A stretch of DNA of 64,000 bases from Bacteroidota bacterium (GTDB lineage: Bacteria; Bacteroidota; Bacteroidia; Bacteroidales; ML635J-15): the NCBI GenBank assembly GCA_051747965.1, contig JBNJGS010000004.1, forward strand, positions 300-64,299, written 5' to 3'. Below the pieces are notes generated by a model. The model worked only from the letters and a program-made list of their open reading frames with translations, searched no databases and was not told where the DNA came from. Every line of letters begins with the position of its first letter. Positions within the stretch are counted from its first letter, which is position 1. Position numbers and translations under genes: made by a program. This document shows, piece by piece, positions 52,987 through 62,245 of this stretch.

Positions 52987-54378
52987 ATGAAATACGATTT
53001 ACTAGTTATTGGAAGTGGGCCGGGTGGTTATGTGGCTGCAATCCGGGCATCTCAGCTTGGTATGAAAACTGCTGTTGTTGAAAAATCCGAAACAGGCGGT
53101 GTGTGCCTTAACTGGGGCTGTATCCCCACAAAAGCTTTGATAAAATCGGCTCAGGTTTACACCTACATGCAACATGCTTCAGATTACGGTATCAGTGCGG
53201 AAGGTGATATAAAAGCTGATTTTCCGAAAATTGTGGAGCGGAGTCGTAATGTGGCCGGTAAAATGAGCAAAGGCATTCAGTATTTGTTCAAAAAAAATAA
53301 AATAACGGTTCACAAAGGCTTTGGAAAACTTGCCGGTAAAGGCAAAGTTGAAGTAAGCAAAGAGGATGGAGAAACCGAAACCCTTGAAGCAAAACACATC
53401 ATTCTTGCAACCGGAGCCAGATCGAAAGAACTCCCTGATATTAAACAGGACGGCAAGCATGTTATCGGCTACCGCGAAGCGATGACACTGGAAAAACAAC
53501 CCGAATCAATCATCATTGTGGGTTCAGGGGCCATCGGTTCTGAATTTGCCTATATCTACAATGCTCTTGGTACAAAAGTCACACTCGTGGAATTTTTGCC
53601 TGAAATCGTTCCCAATGAAGACAAGGATGTCAGTAAGCAACTGGCGCGCTCTTTCAAAAAATCCGGCATCAAGGTAATGACCAAAGCCACAGTGAAGGAG
53701 GTCAAGGTGAAAGACAACAAATGCCAGGTGAAAATTGAAACCAAAAAAGGAAGCGAAGATCATGAGGCGGATGTTGTGCTATCAGCTGTTGGTGTTACCC
53801 CAAACCTGGAGAATATTGGCATAGAGGATATGGGAATTGAGCTAGACAAGGGAAAAGTAAAAGTGGATGATTTTTATAAAACCAATGTAGAAGGCGTGTA
53901 CGCTATTGGAGATATTGTCCACGGCCCGGCTCTGGCTCATGTGGCTTCAGCTGAAGGTATTGCCTGTGTTGAGAAAATTGCAGGTGAAGATGTTGATCCA
54001 ATTGATTATAACAATATTCCTGGTGCTGTTTATAGCATTCCTGAAGTCGGATCAGTTGGTATGACTGAAGAACAGGCCAAAGAAGCCGGCCATGAGGTGA
54101 AAGTCGGCAAATTCCCCTTTTCTGCCTCCGGAAAAGCCTCTGCAGCAGGAAACAATGATGGCTTTATTAAACTCGTTTTTGATGCAAAACTCGGTGAAAT
54201 TCTTGGCGCCCACTTTATAGGCGACAATGTGACCGAAATGATTGCTGAAATTGTTGTGGCCAAAAAACTGGAAGCCACAGGCAAAGAGCTTATTAAAAGT
54301 ATTCATCCCCATCCCAGTATGTCAGAGGCTATTATGGAGGCGGCCGCTGCTGCTTATGATGAAGTTATTCATATCTGA
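52987..54378 (+). CDS. lpdA: Dihydrolipoyl dehydrogenase
   Basis: FAD motif VIGSGPGGYVAA, redox-active GGVCLNWGCIPTK, NAD motif VGSGAIGSEF, C-terminal HPHPSMSE. Confidence 0.92.
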   Translation: MKYDLLVIGSGPGGYVAAIRASQLGMKTAVVEKSETGGVCLNWGCIPTKALIKSAQVYTYMQHASDYGISAEGDIKADFPKIVERSRNVAGKMSKGIQYLFKKNKITVHKGFGKLAGKGKVEVSKEDGETETLEAKHIILATGARSKELPDIKQDGKHVIGYREAMTLEKQPESIIIVGSGAIGSEFAYIYNALGTKVTLVEFLPEIVPNEDKDVSKQLARSFKKSGIKVMTKATVKEVKVKDNKCQVKIETKKGSEDHEADVVLSAVGVTPNLENIGIEDMGIELDKGKVKVDDFYKTNVEGVYAIGDIVHGPALAHVASAEGIACVEKIAGEDVDPIDYNNIPGAVYSIPEVGSVGMTEEQAKEAGHEVKVGKFPFSASGKASAAGNNDGFIKLVFDAKLGEILGAHFIGDNVTEMIAEIVVAKKLEATGKELIKSIHPHPSMSEAIMEAAAAAYDEVIHI

Positions 54379-54394
54379 CAATCATAAAACATTC

Positions 54395-54428
54395 AAAAAA
54401 AAGACGGTTCTGCCGTCTTTTTTTGTTT
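54395..54428 (+). terminator. Rho-independent terminator after lpdA
   Basis: AAAAAAGACGG-ttctg-CCGTCTTTTTT followed by a T-run. Confidence 0.65.
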
Positions 54429-54486
54429 TCAGCTTGCCCGTTTCATTGCTTTGTTTTATTTTTATCAGAACAAAAATTTACTTAAA

Positions 54487-55380
54487 GTGAAATCATTCAA
54501 GATATTAATATTGTGCTTGTTGTGCTTGTCAGCATCCATGGTGTATAGTCAGCAGAAGCACCGGGCTCTTTCCTTCAGACAGGCTGACAGTCTTCGTCCG
54601 CGTTATGTTGATCTTGGCTTCGGTGCATCATATTTTAATTTTCGTGATTTCGCCACCTCTCCACTGTTTTACCACGGCATGAAAGGCAATTTTTCTGTCT
54701 TTCGCCTGACACAGGATGAACAAAGAGATTCCAGACAGGGTTTTGTTTTGGGCTTTGGTGCAGCATCTACATTTGGTAACAGCATGAACACGGGAGCTGT
54801 TCTGGGAAGGCTTGATATCATTCATACAGAACTGTATCAAATTGCACCGGATCTGCATGAAAAATGGAACCTGAAAATAGGGGGGATGATTAATCTCAGC
54901 GGCAATATAAGACAGAACAGCAGTTTCAACAACAATTCCTTTGGCGCGGAAGCTCTGGGAACATTGTTCGCGTCTTTCAGACTGGGCAGAGATGTATCGC
55001 GTACCGAACTCAAAACCATTGACCTTTGGGTTTGTAGTTTCGGGCTGATTCCACGCAAACGGGAACTGGCTTTTCAGTTCAATACAGCACTCGTCAATGC
55101 CACATACCGAAATGCTTACAATTATATGGATCATTCTTCCATTTTTGATGAATACAATTATTTTAATCGGCATGAGCTGGAGTTTTTTAGTGGTTACAGG
55201 CTAAATACAGCCCTGGAGTATACAATACATCTTAACAATAACAATGCCTTCAGACTGTCATATCTTTGGGATGCTTATTATACGGGACCGAAAACAGAGA
55301 GATTTGAAATGGCTGAGCATCAAATACTTTTTTCTTTTCTGTTTTATTTGAATGAACCAGTAAAACCCGGTACAAAATGA
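54487..55380 (+). CDS. Hypothetical secreted protein, possibly an outer-membrane beta-barrel
   Basis: The GTG at 54487 gives the signal peptide VKSFKILILCLLCLSASMVYS; the track start at 54451 is also possible. Composition is Gly/Asn/Phe/Tyr-rich with alternating strands. Its stop overlaps the S41 gene ATG (ATGA). Confidence 0.5.
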   Translation: MKSFKILILCLLCLSASMVYSQQKHRALSFRQADSLRPRYVDLGFGASYFNFRDFATSPLFYHGMKGNFSVFRLTQDEQRDSRQGFVLGFGAASTFGNSMNTGAVLGRLDIIHTELYQIAPDLHEKWNLKIGGMINLSGNIRQNSSFNNNSFGAEALGTLFASFRLGRDVSRTELKTIDLWVCSFGLIPRKRELAFQFNTALVNATYRNAYNYMDHSSIFDEYNYFNRHELEFFSGYRLNTALEYTIHLNNNNAFRLSYLWDAYYTGPKTERFEMAEHQILFSFLFYLNEPVKPGTK

Positions 55381-56384
55381 AAAGACTTGTGATATATATC
55401 TTAGTATTTGTATTTTTATGCCTATCCTGTGAAAAAGCGATGTTTGAAGAGTCCGCACAATCAGCCAATGCCTTTGACAATTTTGATTACCTCTGGGAGG
55501 AGTGCCATGGGAAATATGCTTTCTTTGCGTATAAGGATATTGACTGGGAGCAGGTAAAGCAAAAGTACCGCCCTATGTTGTATGAAGATATGAGCAGGGA
55601 TTCGCTGTTTCATGTGCTGGCAGCCATGCTGGATGAACTAAGGGATGATCATGTTAATCTGGTGTCAGATTTTAACCTGTCTTTTTATGGCAATTACCGC
55701 CGAGGACAGGACAATTTTGACTGGAGAATTCTGTCAGATAATTATCTTCCTGAAAACTATTATAAATCCGGACCTTTTGTACATGATTTTATCGCAGGCG
55801 ATTCCATTGCCTATGTGCGGCTCGCATCTTTCCCGGGCAGCATCAGTGATAATAATCTGAATTTTGTTTTGGGCAGATACAGTCAAACCAAAGGACTGGT
55901 CCTTGATATCAGGGAAAATGGCGGAGGCAGTATTTCTGATATTTATGATCTGCTTGGCCGCTTTGTCAGCGAAAGAACATTGTTGTATTACTCACAGATC
56001 AAAAACGGTTCCGGGAAGGATGATTTTTCCGAAAAAATGCCGGTGTACCTTCAGCCGGATGATGGTGAATCCTATGAAAATACCATCTGTCTGCTCACTG
56101 ACAGAGGTTCATACTCTGCCAGCTCCTTTACAGCCCTGGCATGCCGGGCCATCTCCAATGTGGTAATTGTGGGAGATACAACCGGTGGCGGTCTTGGCAT
56201 TCCAAACGGAGGACAATTACCCAATGGCTGGACATACCGGTTTTCCGTTACCAGGACCTTGTCACCTCAGGGTGAAAATTTTGAGTCCGGCGTGCCACCT
56301 GATGTCACAGTGCTTTTTGATTGGGATAACCGAGATACAGACGAAGTTGTGGAAAGAGCAATACAGGAAATAAATACCCGCTGA
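55377..56384 (+). CDS. S41 family (C-terminal processing type) serine peptidase lipoprotein
   Basis: Lipobox FLCLSC. GLVLDIRENGGG and TDRGSYSASSFTA motifs. Confidence 0.75.
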   Translation: MKRLVIYILVFVFLCLSCEKAMFEESAQSANAFDNFDYLWEECHGKYAFFAYKDIDWEQVKQKYRPMLYEDMSRDSLFHVLAAMLDELRDDHVNLVSDFNLSFYGNYRRGQDNFDWRILSDNYLPENYYKSGPFVHDFIAGDSIAYVRLASFPGSISDNNLNFVLGRYSQTKGLVLDIRENGGGSISDIYDLLGRFVSERTLLYYSQIKNGSGKDDFSEKMPVYLQPDDGESYENTICLLTDRGSYSASSFTALACRAISNVVIVGDTTGGGLGIPNGGQLPNGWTYRFSVTRTLSPQGENFESGVPPDVTVLFDWDNRDTDEVVERAIQEINTR

Positions 56385-56535
56385 TTGCTGTCCATCGTTT
56401 AATTTTAATCAGAATCAGGGCTTCTCCTATGATTTATGTATGATTTTCAGGCAACAGATTGTCAATAATATTTGTCTGATAGTTAGAAATGCATTAACTT
56501 TATCCAAAACAAACCCGCACAGGGGTGCATTTATC

Positions 56536-59500
56536 ATGAATTATCCATATAGCATATTGATTTTTCTTAGCATGCTGCTGTTGCCTGTAAGTCTATCAGC
56601 TCAGCACCGCTTTATTGAAAACAAAAACCAATTCCCCGATCAGGTAGAATTTAAATGCCGCCTGAATTATGGAGCTTTGTTTCTTGAAAAAGACGGGCTT
56701 GTTTACAATTTTGCCGATAAATCTCAATACCAGCATTCACATGCCCACCATGGTGAAAGTGATGTAACAGAAGCTCATCATGAACATGACAATGATTTGC
56801 CGGATGCCCTGGATTTTCATGCCTATAAAGTGAAATTCATCAACCCTTCCGGGGATATGGCAATTCGGGGTTTGGAAAAATGTCCTGATTACGAAAACTA
56901 TTTCATCGGTAATGATCGCTCTACATGGGCAAGCAATGTCGGCAAGTACGAAAAAATGCGATATAGTGGTGTGTGGGAGGGCATTGACCTTGAGTTCTAT
57001 GATGTTGGGCAGGGCCTGAAATATGATTTTATTATCCAGCCAGGAGCAGACCCCGGCAAAATAATATTTGAATTTGAAGGCGTGGATAAGGTAAGAATAC
57101 GGCAGGGCAACCTGATGATAAAAACATCCCTGGCCAAAACCACGGAGATGCAACCCTACGCTTATCAGATCATTGACGGAGATACCGTAGAAGTGGCCTG
57201 TGAATATTCTCTGGATAAGAAATTGCTGACTTATGTGTTTCCCGACGGCTATCATGAAGGCCACGAACTGGTGATTGATCCTACCCTGGTTTTTAGTACC
57301 TACACGGGCTCAACAGCTGACAACTGGGGATTTACCGCCACCTGGGATTATAATGATAATGTGTACAGCGGCGGAATCGTTTTTGATGTCGGCTATCCAA
57401 CTACGCTTGGTGCTTATCAGACTGATATGGCCGGTGGCACTGCTCCTTTTCCCGGCAGCTCATATTATGCACAGGGTTGTGATGTGGGAATCATCAAATA
57501 CAATGAGGATGGTACGGAGAGATTGTTTGCAACATATCTTGGTGGTGCAGTAGCTGAAGAGATGCCGCATTCAATGGTGGTCAATCAGAATAATGAGCTT
57601 ATTATTTTTGGCACCACGGGTTCCAGCGATTTCCCTCTTGGCACAAATGCCTTTGACGATACCTTTAATGGAGGAGACAGCATCATGTATGATAATGTGA
57701 TTGTGTTTCCCGATGGTACTGACATTTTCCTGACAAAACTTAGTGAGGATGGCTCTCAATTGCTTGGCAGTACCTACCTTGGAGGAAGCAAAAACGACGG
57801 ACTGAATTTTAAGTTGTCCTACACAGAGGAGGGCTACATCCAAATGCACGGCAATGACAGCTTGTATTACAATTACGGTGATGGCGCCCGTGGTGAAGTG
57901 ATCGCAGATGATAAGGATTATATTCATGTTGGTGCGAATACATTTTCTACGGATATTGCTCCAGGCATAAATCCTGGATTTCAAACCAGCAATGGTGGTG
58001 GTATGGATGGACTCGTGGCTAAATTCTCTCCGGATTTAAGCAGCATGGTCTGGATGTCCTACCTTGGAGGTAGCGCCGATGATGCCATCTATTCAATTTA
58101 TCCTGACGGCAGCAACAATGTCCTTGTCTGTGGGGGCACAAGCTCAACAGACTTTCCTTCTGATTCTGATGCAGTGGAACCTTATTATCTGGGTGGTAGT
58201 ACAGATGCCTTTGTCGCCAAAATCAACCATAACGGCAATGCTCTGCTTGGATCTACCTATTTCGGTACAAGTGAATATGATCAGGCGCATTTTGTTCGCA
58301 TTGATGAAAATGAGGATGTCTATATATACGGACAAACAGAAGCCACAGGCAATAGCCTGATTTATAATGCAGGATATTCTGTGCCCAACTCCGGGCAGTT
58401 TCTGGCTAAATTCAATGGTGAACTGAGCTCGCTTGAATGGTCAACTGTTTTTGGCAGAGGTGCAGGACGGCCTGTTTTGTCTCCTTCTGCTTTTGCTGTA
58501 GATGTTTGTGATCGTATTTATCTGGCAGGATGGGGCAGGGAGTGGTCAAATACATATCTCAATGCCGCCGGAGATATTTATGCCTGGACAGATGATTACG
58601 GGACTAAAGGTCTGCCCGTAACAGCAAATGCAATCCAAACAGAAACGGATGGACAGGATTTTTATGTGGCTGTCTTTAGTGAAGATGCTGCTACACTGGA
58701 ATATGCCAGTTTTTTTGGGGAAGTACATTACCCCGGCTGCGGCTACTCCGGACATGATCATGTGGATGGTGGTACCAGTCGTTTTGACAATAAAGGCAAT
58801 ATTATTCAATCGGTCTGTGCCAGTTGTGGCGGCTGCCAGGAGTTTCCCACAATGCCGGTCCCTGGTGTGTGGTCTCCAACCAATGCCAGCACAAACTGCA
58901 ACAACGCCGTCTTTAAAATCAATATCATTGAAAACCTGGCAGCTTCCAGCTTTGAACCTGTTCCGGCCATCTGTGCTCCGGTTGAAGTACAGTTTGTCAA
59001 CAACAGCCAGGGTTCTTCTTTCTTATGGGATTTTGGGGATGGTTCTCCGACAAGTACAGAATTTGAACCTGAACATACTTTCACCCAGGAGGGCGTATTT
59101 GAAGTTATGCTTATTGCTTTCGATTCTGTCGCCTGCAATTATGCTGATACATCTTATCGCTTTGTGGAAGTCCAGACTTCTGATGTAATGACACTCGATC
59201 CGATTACCATTTGTCCGGGTGAATCTGTACAAATAGGACCGGAGGAATCGTATGATGATGATGTCGACTTTTTCTGGACACAGGGGGATGTGTCTGACAC
59301 TGACATACAAAATCCGGTGGTGTCGCCGGAAGAGGATACCGAATATGTCCTCGCGGTGAATGATATTTGTACTGATACCATTTACCAGGATGTTTTGATA
59401 CAGGATTTTGAAATATTGGTCAGTATGCCACCTGATACAATGATTTGTGAAGGTGACCCTGTGAGCCTTGCTGCTGCCACCGGTGGTGATGTGAGCGGAC

Positions 59501-61563
59501 TTGTCTGGTCGGATGACCCGGGCTTCAGTAATGTCATCAGCACAACAGAAAACATGTCTGATACGCCTGACGGAACTACAACCTATTATTTAGAAGTGAC
59601 AGAAAATATTTGCAATACAACCACCGTGGAAACGGTGCTGGTTGAATGGCATCAGTTCAATTATGAGATAAGTCCGGATGCAGTAATCTGTGAGGGAGAT
59701 AGTCTGGAATTGTTTGCCAATAACCTGAATCCGGCAGATAATATTTCTTATCAGTGGGGCCCTCTCTCAGCCATTGACAACGGAGCTGAAACGGATTCTC
59801 CGCTTGTTTCTCCCGCATCGGATCAGACTTATACATTGACACTCACCAATCAGATGGGATGTACAACAAGCGATCAGGTTCAGCTTACCATAGATGATTT
59901 GTCATTTTTGCCTCCACAGGTTCAGGAACCTCTTTGCTATGGTGATTGTACGGGCAGTGTAAGTGTGGATGCATCCGGTTATCCTCCCTATTCTTTTTCA
60001 TGGGATGATGGCAGTAACGGAGAAAGTAATGATGATCTGTGTGCCGGCAATTACAGTCTTACTGTTACAGATGATATCGGTTGTGAAGATGTTACCAGCA
60101 TTGAAATCAACCAGCCTGAGCTGTTGGAAGCCCAGTTTGTTTCAGTTGCCCAGCCTGAATGTGATGGCATTGGTCTAGGGGAAGCTGAAGTCAGCGCTTC
60201 GGGTGGAACCGGTAGTTATTCCTACCAATGGAGTGATGGGAGCACCGACGCATTGAATGATCATATGTACACTGGAATCAATTATGTTACCATCACGGAT
60301 GCCAATGATTGTGACACGGTCATCGATATTGAAATGATACCTCCCAACAACCTGGCGACCAGTCTTGAAAACGTTGAGCATAATCCCTGTTACGGTGATT
60401 GCCAGGGAGAGATTTCCCTGAACGTTTCCGGCGGTACTGCTCCTTATGAATACAACTGGAACGACGGACTCTCAGGGCCGGCAATATCAGACCTGTGTGC
60501 AGGATTATATCAGGTAACCATCATTGATGCCGATAACTGTGTTGTTCACCGCAATGTTGCAATACATGAACCCGATACACTGATTGCACAAATACAGCCA
60601 GAATCACCCATCGCCTGCTATGGTGAAACTACCGGACTGGATATTATTGTGGATGGGGGAACCTATCCATATTATTACAACTGGGACAATGGTACTGATC
60701 AGCCATCACTGGACAGCCTGCCGGCCGGAACATACCTGGCAACTGTCACAGATATTAATAATTGCACAGATACTGTGGAATATCAGTTGGCACAACCCCC
60801 CGAGCTTGTTTACAGCGAAACAGTGCATAATATGTTGTGTGAAGGTGTCTGTAATGGTAGCATCGTCATTAATCCCGGAGGTGGTACGCCTCCATATCAG
60901 TTTCAATGGAACAACACTTCAGGTGATTCGGTGGCTGAAGACCTGTGCTCAGGCTCGTATGAAATGCTGCTGGAAGATGATAACGGCTGCCGTAAATTTG
61001 GTGAATTCCAGGTTATTTCTGAAAATTATGTGCCACCACTGGAAGCAGAGGCTGACCCACCGGAAATTTTCCATGGCACAGCTACCAATCTGCATGCAAC
61101 CAATGAACCGGCTTATCACTACAACTGGACTCCTGAGGCTTCACTTTCCGATAATGATTCACCTGACGTGACAGCTTATCCCGAAGAAACCACAACTTAT
61201 GAGGTAAGGATAGTGGATTCCAATGGTTGTGTTAACAAAGACACTGTTATCGTTATTGTGAATGAACTTGTTTGCGGAGAGCCTTATCTCTATATTCCCA
61301 ATGCATTTACGCCCAATGGAGACGGTGAAAATGATTATTTTAAGCCTTATGCTCCTGTCGGCATCGTGAAAAAAATGTACTTTGCCGTTTATGACCGCTG
61401 GGGCGAATTGATTTATGAATCTGATAACATCAACGACAAGGGTTGGGACGGTACTTTCAGGGGAAAACAACTGACTCCGGATGTGTATGTGTACTTTTTT
61501 GAAGCTACTTGTATTGATAAAGATACTTTTACCAAAAAAGGAAATGTTACACTGATTCGGTAA
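56536..61563 (+). CDS. Giant T9SS type B cargo: beta-propeller-repeat head, PKD-like unit, Ig-like and SprB repeats, type B CTD
   Basis: ATG at 56536 with a signal peptide. Repeated (T/S)YLGG...D....(beta-propeller/SBBP-like) segments ending in S.DFP. WDFGDGSP. Five SprB-type repeats. C-terminal LYIPNAFTPNGDGENDYF...YDRWGE...GWDGT...VTLIR. Confidence 0.9.
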   Translation: MNYPYSILIFLSMLLLPVSLSAQHRFIENKNQFPDQVEFKCRLNYGALFLEKDGLVYNFADKSQYQHSHAHHGESDVTEAHHEHDNDLPDALDFHAYKVKFINPSGDMAIRGLEKCPDYENYFIGNDRSTWASNVGKYEKMRYSGVWEGIDLEFYDVGQGLKYDFIIQPGADPGKIIFEFEGVDKVRIRQGNLMIKTSLAKTTEMQPYAYQIIDGDTVEVACEYSLDKKLLTYVFPDGYHEGHELVIDPTLVFSTYTGSTADNWGFTATWDYNDNVYSGGIVFDVGYPTTLGAYQTDMAGGTAPFPGSSYYAQGCDVGIIKYNEDGTERLFATYLGGAVAEEMPHSMVVNQNNELIIFGTTGSSDFPLGTNAFDDTFNGGDSIMYDNVIVFPDGTDIFLTKLSEDGSQLLGSTYLGGSKNDGLNFKLSYTEEGYIQMHGNDSLYYNYGDGARGEVIADDKDYIHVGANTFSTDIAPGINPGFQTSNGGGMDGLVAKFSPDLSSMVWMSYLGGSADDAIYSIYPDGSNNVLVCGGTSSTDFPSDSDAVEPYYLGGSTDAFVAKINHNGNALLGSTYFGTSEYDQAHFVRIDENEDVYIYGQTEATGNSLIYNAGYSVPNSGQFLAKFNGELSSLEWSTVFGRGAGRPVLSPSAFAVDVCDRIYLAGWGREWSNTYLNAAGDIYAWTDDYGTKGLPVTANAIQTETDGQDFYVAVFSEDAATLEYASFFGEVHYPGCGYSGHDHVDGGTSRFDNKGNIIQSVCASCGGCQEFPTMPVPGVWSPTNASTNCNNAVFKINIIENLAASSFEPVPAICAPVEVQFVNNSQGSSFLWDFGDGSPTSTEFEPEHTFTQEGVFEVMLIAFDSVACNYADTSYRFVEVQTSDVMTLDPITICPGESVQIGPEESYDDDVDFFWTQGDVSDTDIQNPVVSPEEDTEYVLAVNDICTDTIYQDVLIQDFEILVSMPPDTMICEGDPVSLAAATGGDVSGLVWSDDPGFSNVISTTENMSDTPDGTTTYYLEVTENICNTTTVETVLVEWHQFNYEISPDAVICEGDSLELFANNLNPADNISYQWGPLSAIDNGAETDSPLVSPASDQTYTLTLTNQMGCTTSDQVQLTIDDLSFLPPQVQEPLCYGDCTGSVSVDASGYPPYSFSWDDGSNGESNDDLCAGNYSLTVTDDIGCEDVTSIEINQPELLEAQFVSVAQPECDGIGLGEAEVSASGGTGSYSYQWSDGSTDALNDHMYTGINYVTITDANDCDTVIDIEMIPPNNLATSLENVEHNPCYGDCQGEISLNVSGGTAPYEYNWNDGLSGPAISDLCAGLYQVTIIDADNCVVHRNVAIHEPDTLIAQIQPESPIACYGETTGLDIIVDGGTYPYYYNWDNGTDQPSLDSLPAGTYLATVTDINNCTDTVEYQLAQPPELVYSETVHNMLCEGVCNGSIVINPGGGTPPYQFQWNNTSGDSVAEDLCSGSYEMLLEDDNGCRKFGEFQVISENYVPPLEAEADPPEIFHGTATNLHATNEPAYHYNWTPEASLSDNDSPDVTAYPEETTTYEVRIVDSNGCVNKDTVIVIVNELVCGEPYLYIPNAFTPNGDGENDYFKPYAPVGIVKKMYFAVYDRWGELIYESDNINDKGWDGTFRGKQLTPDVYVYFFEATCIDKDTFTKKGNVTLIR
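59908..61020 (+). repeat. Five tandem ~75-aa SprB-type repeats
   Basis: LCYGDCTGSVSVDASGYPPYSFSW..., ECDGIGLGEAEVSASGGTGSYSYQW..., PCYGDCQGEISLNVSGGTAPYEYNW..., ACYGETTGLDIIVDGGTYPYYYNW..., LCEGVCNGSIVINPGGGTPPYQFQW... Confidence 0.8.
61288..61560 (+). other. T9SS type B C-terminal sorting domain (91 aa, no Cys insertion)
   Basis: LYIPNAFTPNGDGENDYFKPY...YDRWGELIYESDNINDKGWDGTFRGK...GNVTLIR. Confidence 0.8.
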
Positions 61564-61605
61564 ACCTGACCAAACTATTTTGAGTTTGGGATGTTTAATG
61601 ATTGT

Positions 61606-62139
61606 ATGAAAAAGTACTTGTTATTTGCTTATGCTTTGCTTTTCATCTTGATGTCATCATGCCAAAAGCTGGATGAATTGACCCAATTTGAAATGGATTA
61701 TCAGGAAACTGTCATCATCCCGGCCTCGGTGGAAGCCAATATACCGTATGAAATACAGACTCCTGAAATCACAACCAACGCAGAATCTGAGTTCGAAGTT
61801 CATGATACCAGAAAGGAAAATATTGAGGAAATTAAACTCAATGAACTGAAACTAAGTCTGATTGACCCCGATGACGGGAATTTTGATTTCCTTAACGAGA
61901 TATCTGTTTATTTGAGTACAGAGCAGTTGCCGGAAATCAAAGTGGCATGGAAGGAAGATATCCCGGAAAATGCCTTACAAGCCTTGCAGCTCAATACCAG
62001 TGATGAGAATATCGGAGAATACATCAAGCAGGAATCCTTCCGGCTTCGGATAGAAACCACTACTGACAAAGTGATTACCCGCGATCATGAGATTCAGCTT
62101 GATGCTGTCTTTCTGGTAAATGCTAAACTTATCAAATAG
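61606..62139 (+). CDS. Hypothetical lipoprotein immediately downstream of the giant adhesin gene
   Basis: The ATG at 61606 gives the lipobox ILMSSC. It starts 42 nt after the upstream stop. No family recognised. Confidence 0.6.
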   Translation: MKKYLLFAYALLFILMSSCQKLDELTQFEMDYQETVIIPASVEANIPYEIQTPEITTNAESEFEVHDTRKENIEEIKLNELKLSLIDPDDGNFDFLNEISVYLSTEQLPEIKVAWKEDIPENALQALQLNTSDENIGEYIKQESFRLRIETTTDKVITRDHEIQLDAVFLVNAKLIK

Positions 62140-62189
62140 TTGTCTGTCTGATTTTTCATTGGTTCGCTGCTGCAATTTTTTTTGAGAGT

Positions 62190-62201
62190 TTGTTATAACA
62201 A
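62190..62201. promoter_or_regulatory. Perfect 12-bp palindrome TTGTTATAACAA upstream of catalase (candidate operator)
   Basis: Self-complementary 12-mer ending 45 nt before the ATG at 62246. A near-consensus -7 box TATATTTA lies at 62213-62220. Confidence 0.3.
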
Positions 62202-62245
62202 CTATTTTTATCTATATTTAAAAATCATCTAAAAACGTTGTGTCT

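Noticed and set aside
54487-55380. PorP/SprF-like partner for the type B cargo (25650..26393 was also considered)
   Set aside because: Neither protein shows the N-terminal QQDP.(F/Y)(S/T)QY...NPA-type start I associate with PorP/SprF, and their lengths (298 and 247 aa) and motifs do not match. This is a by-eye judgement only; an HMM search is needed.
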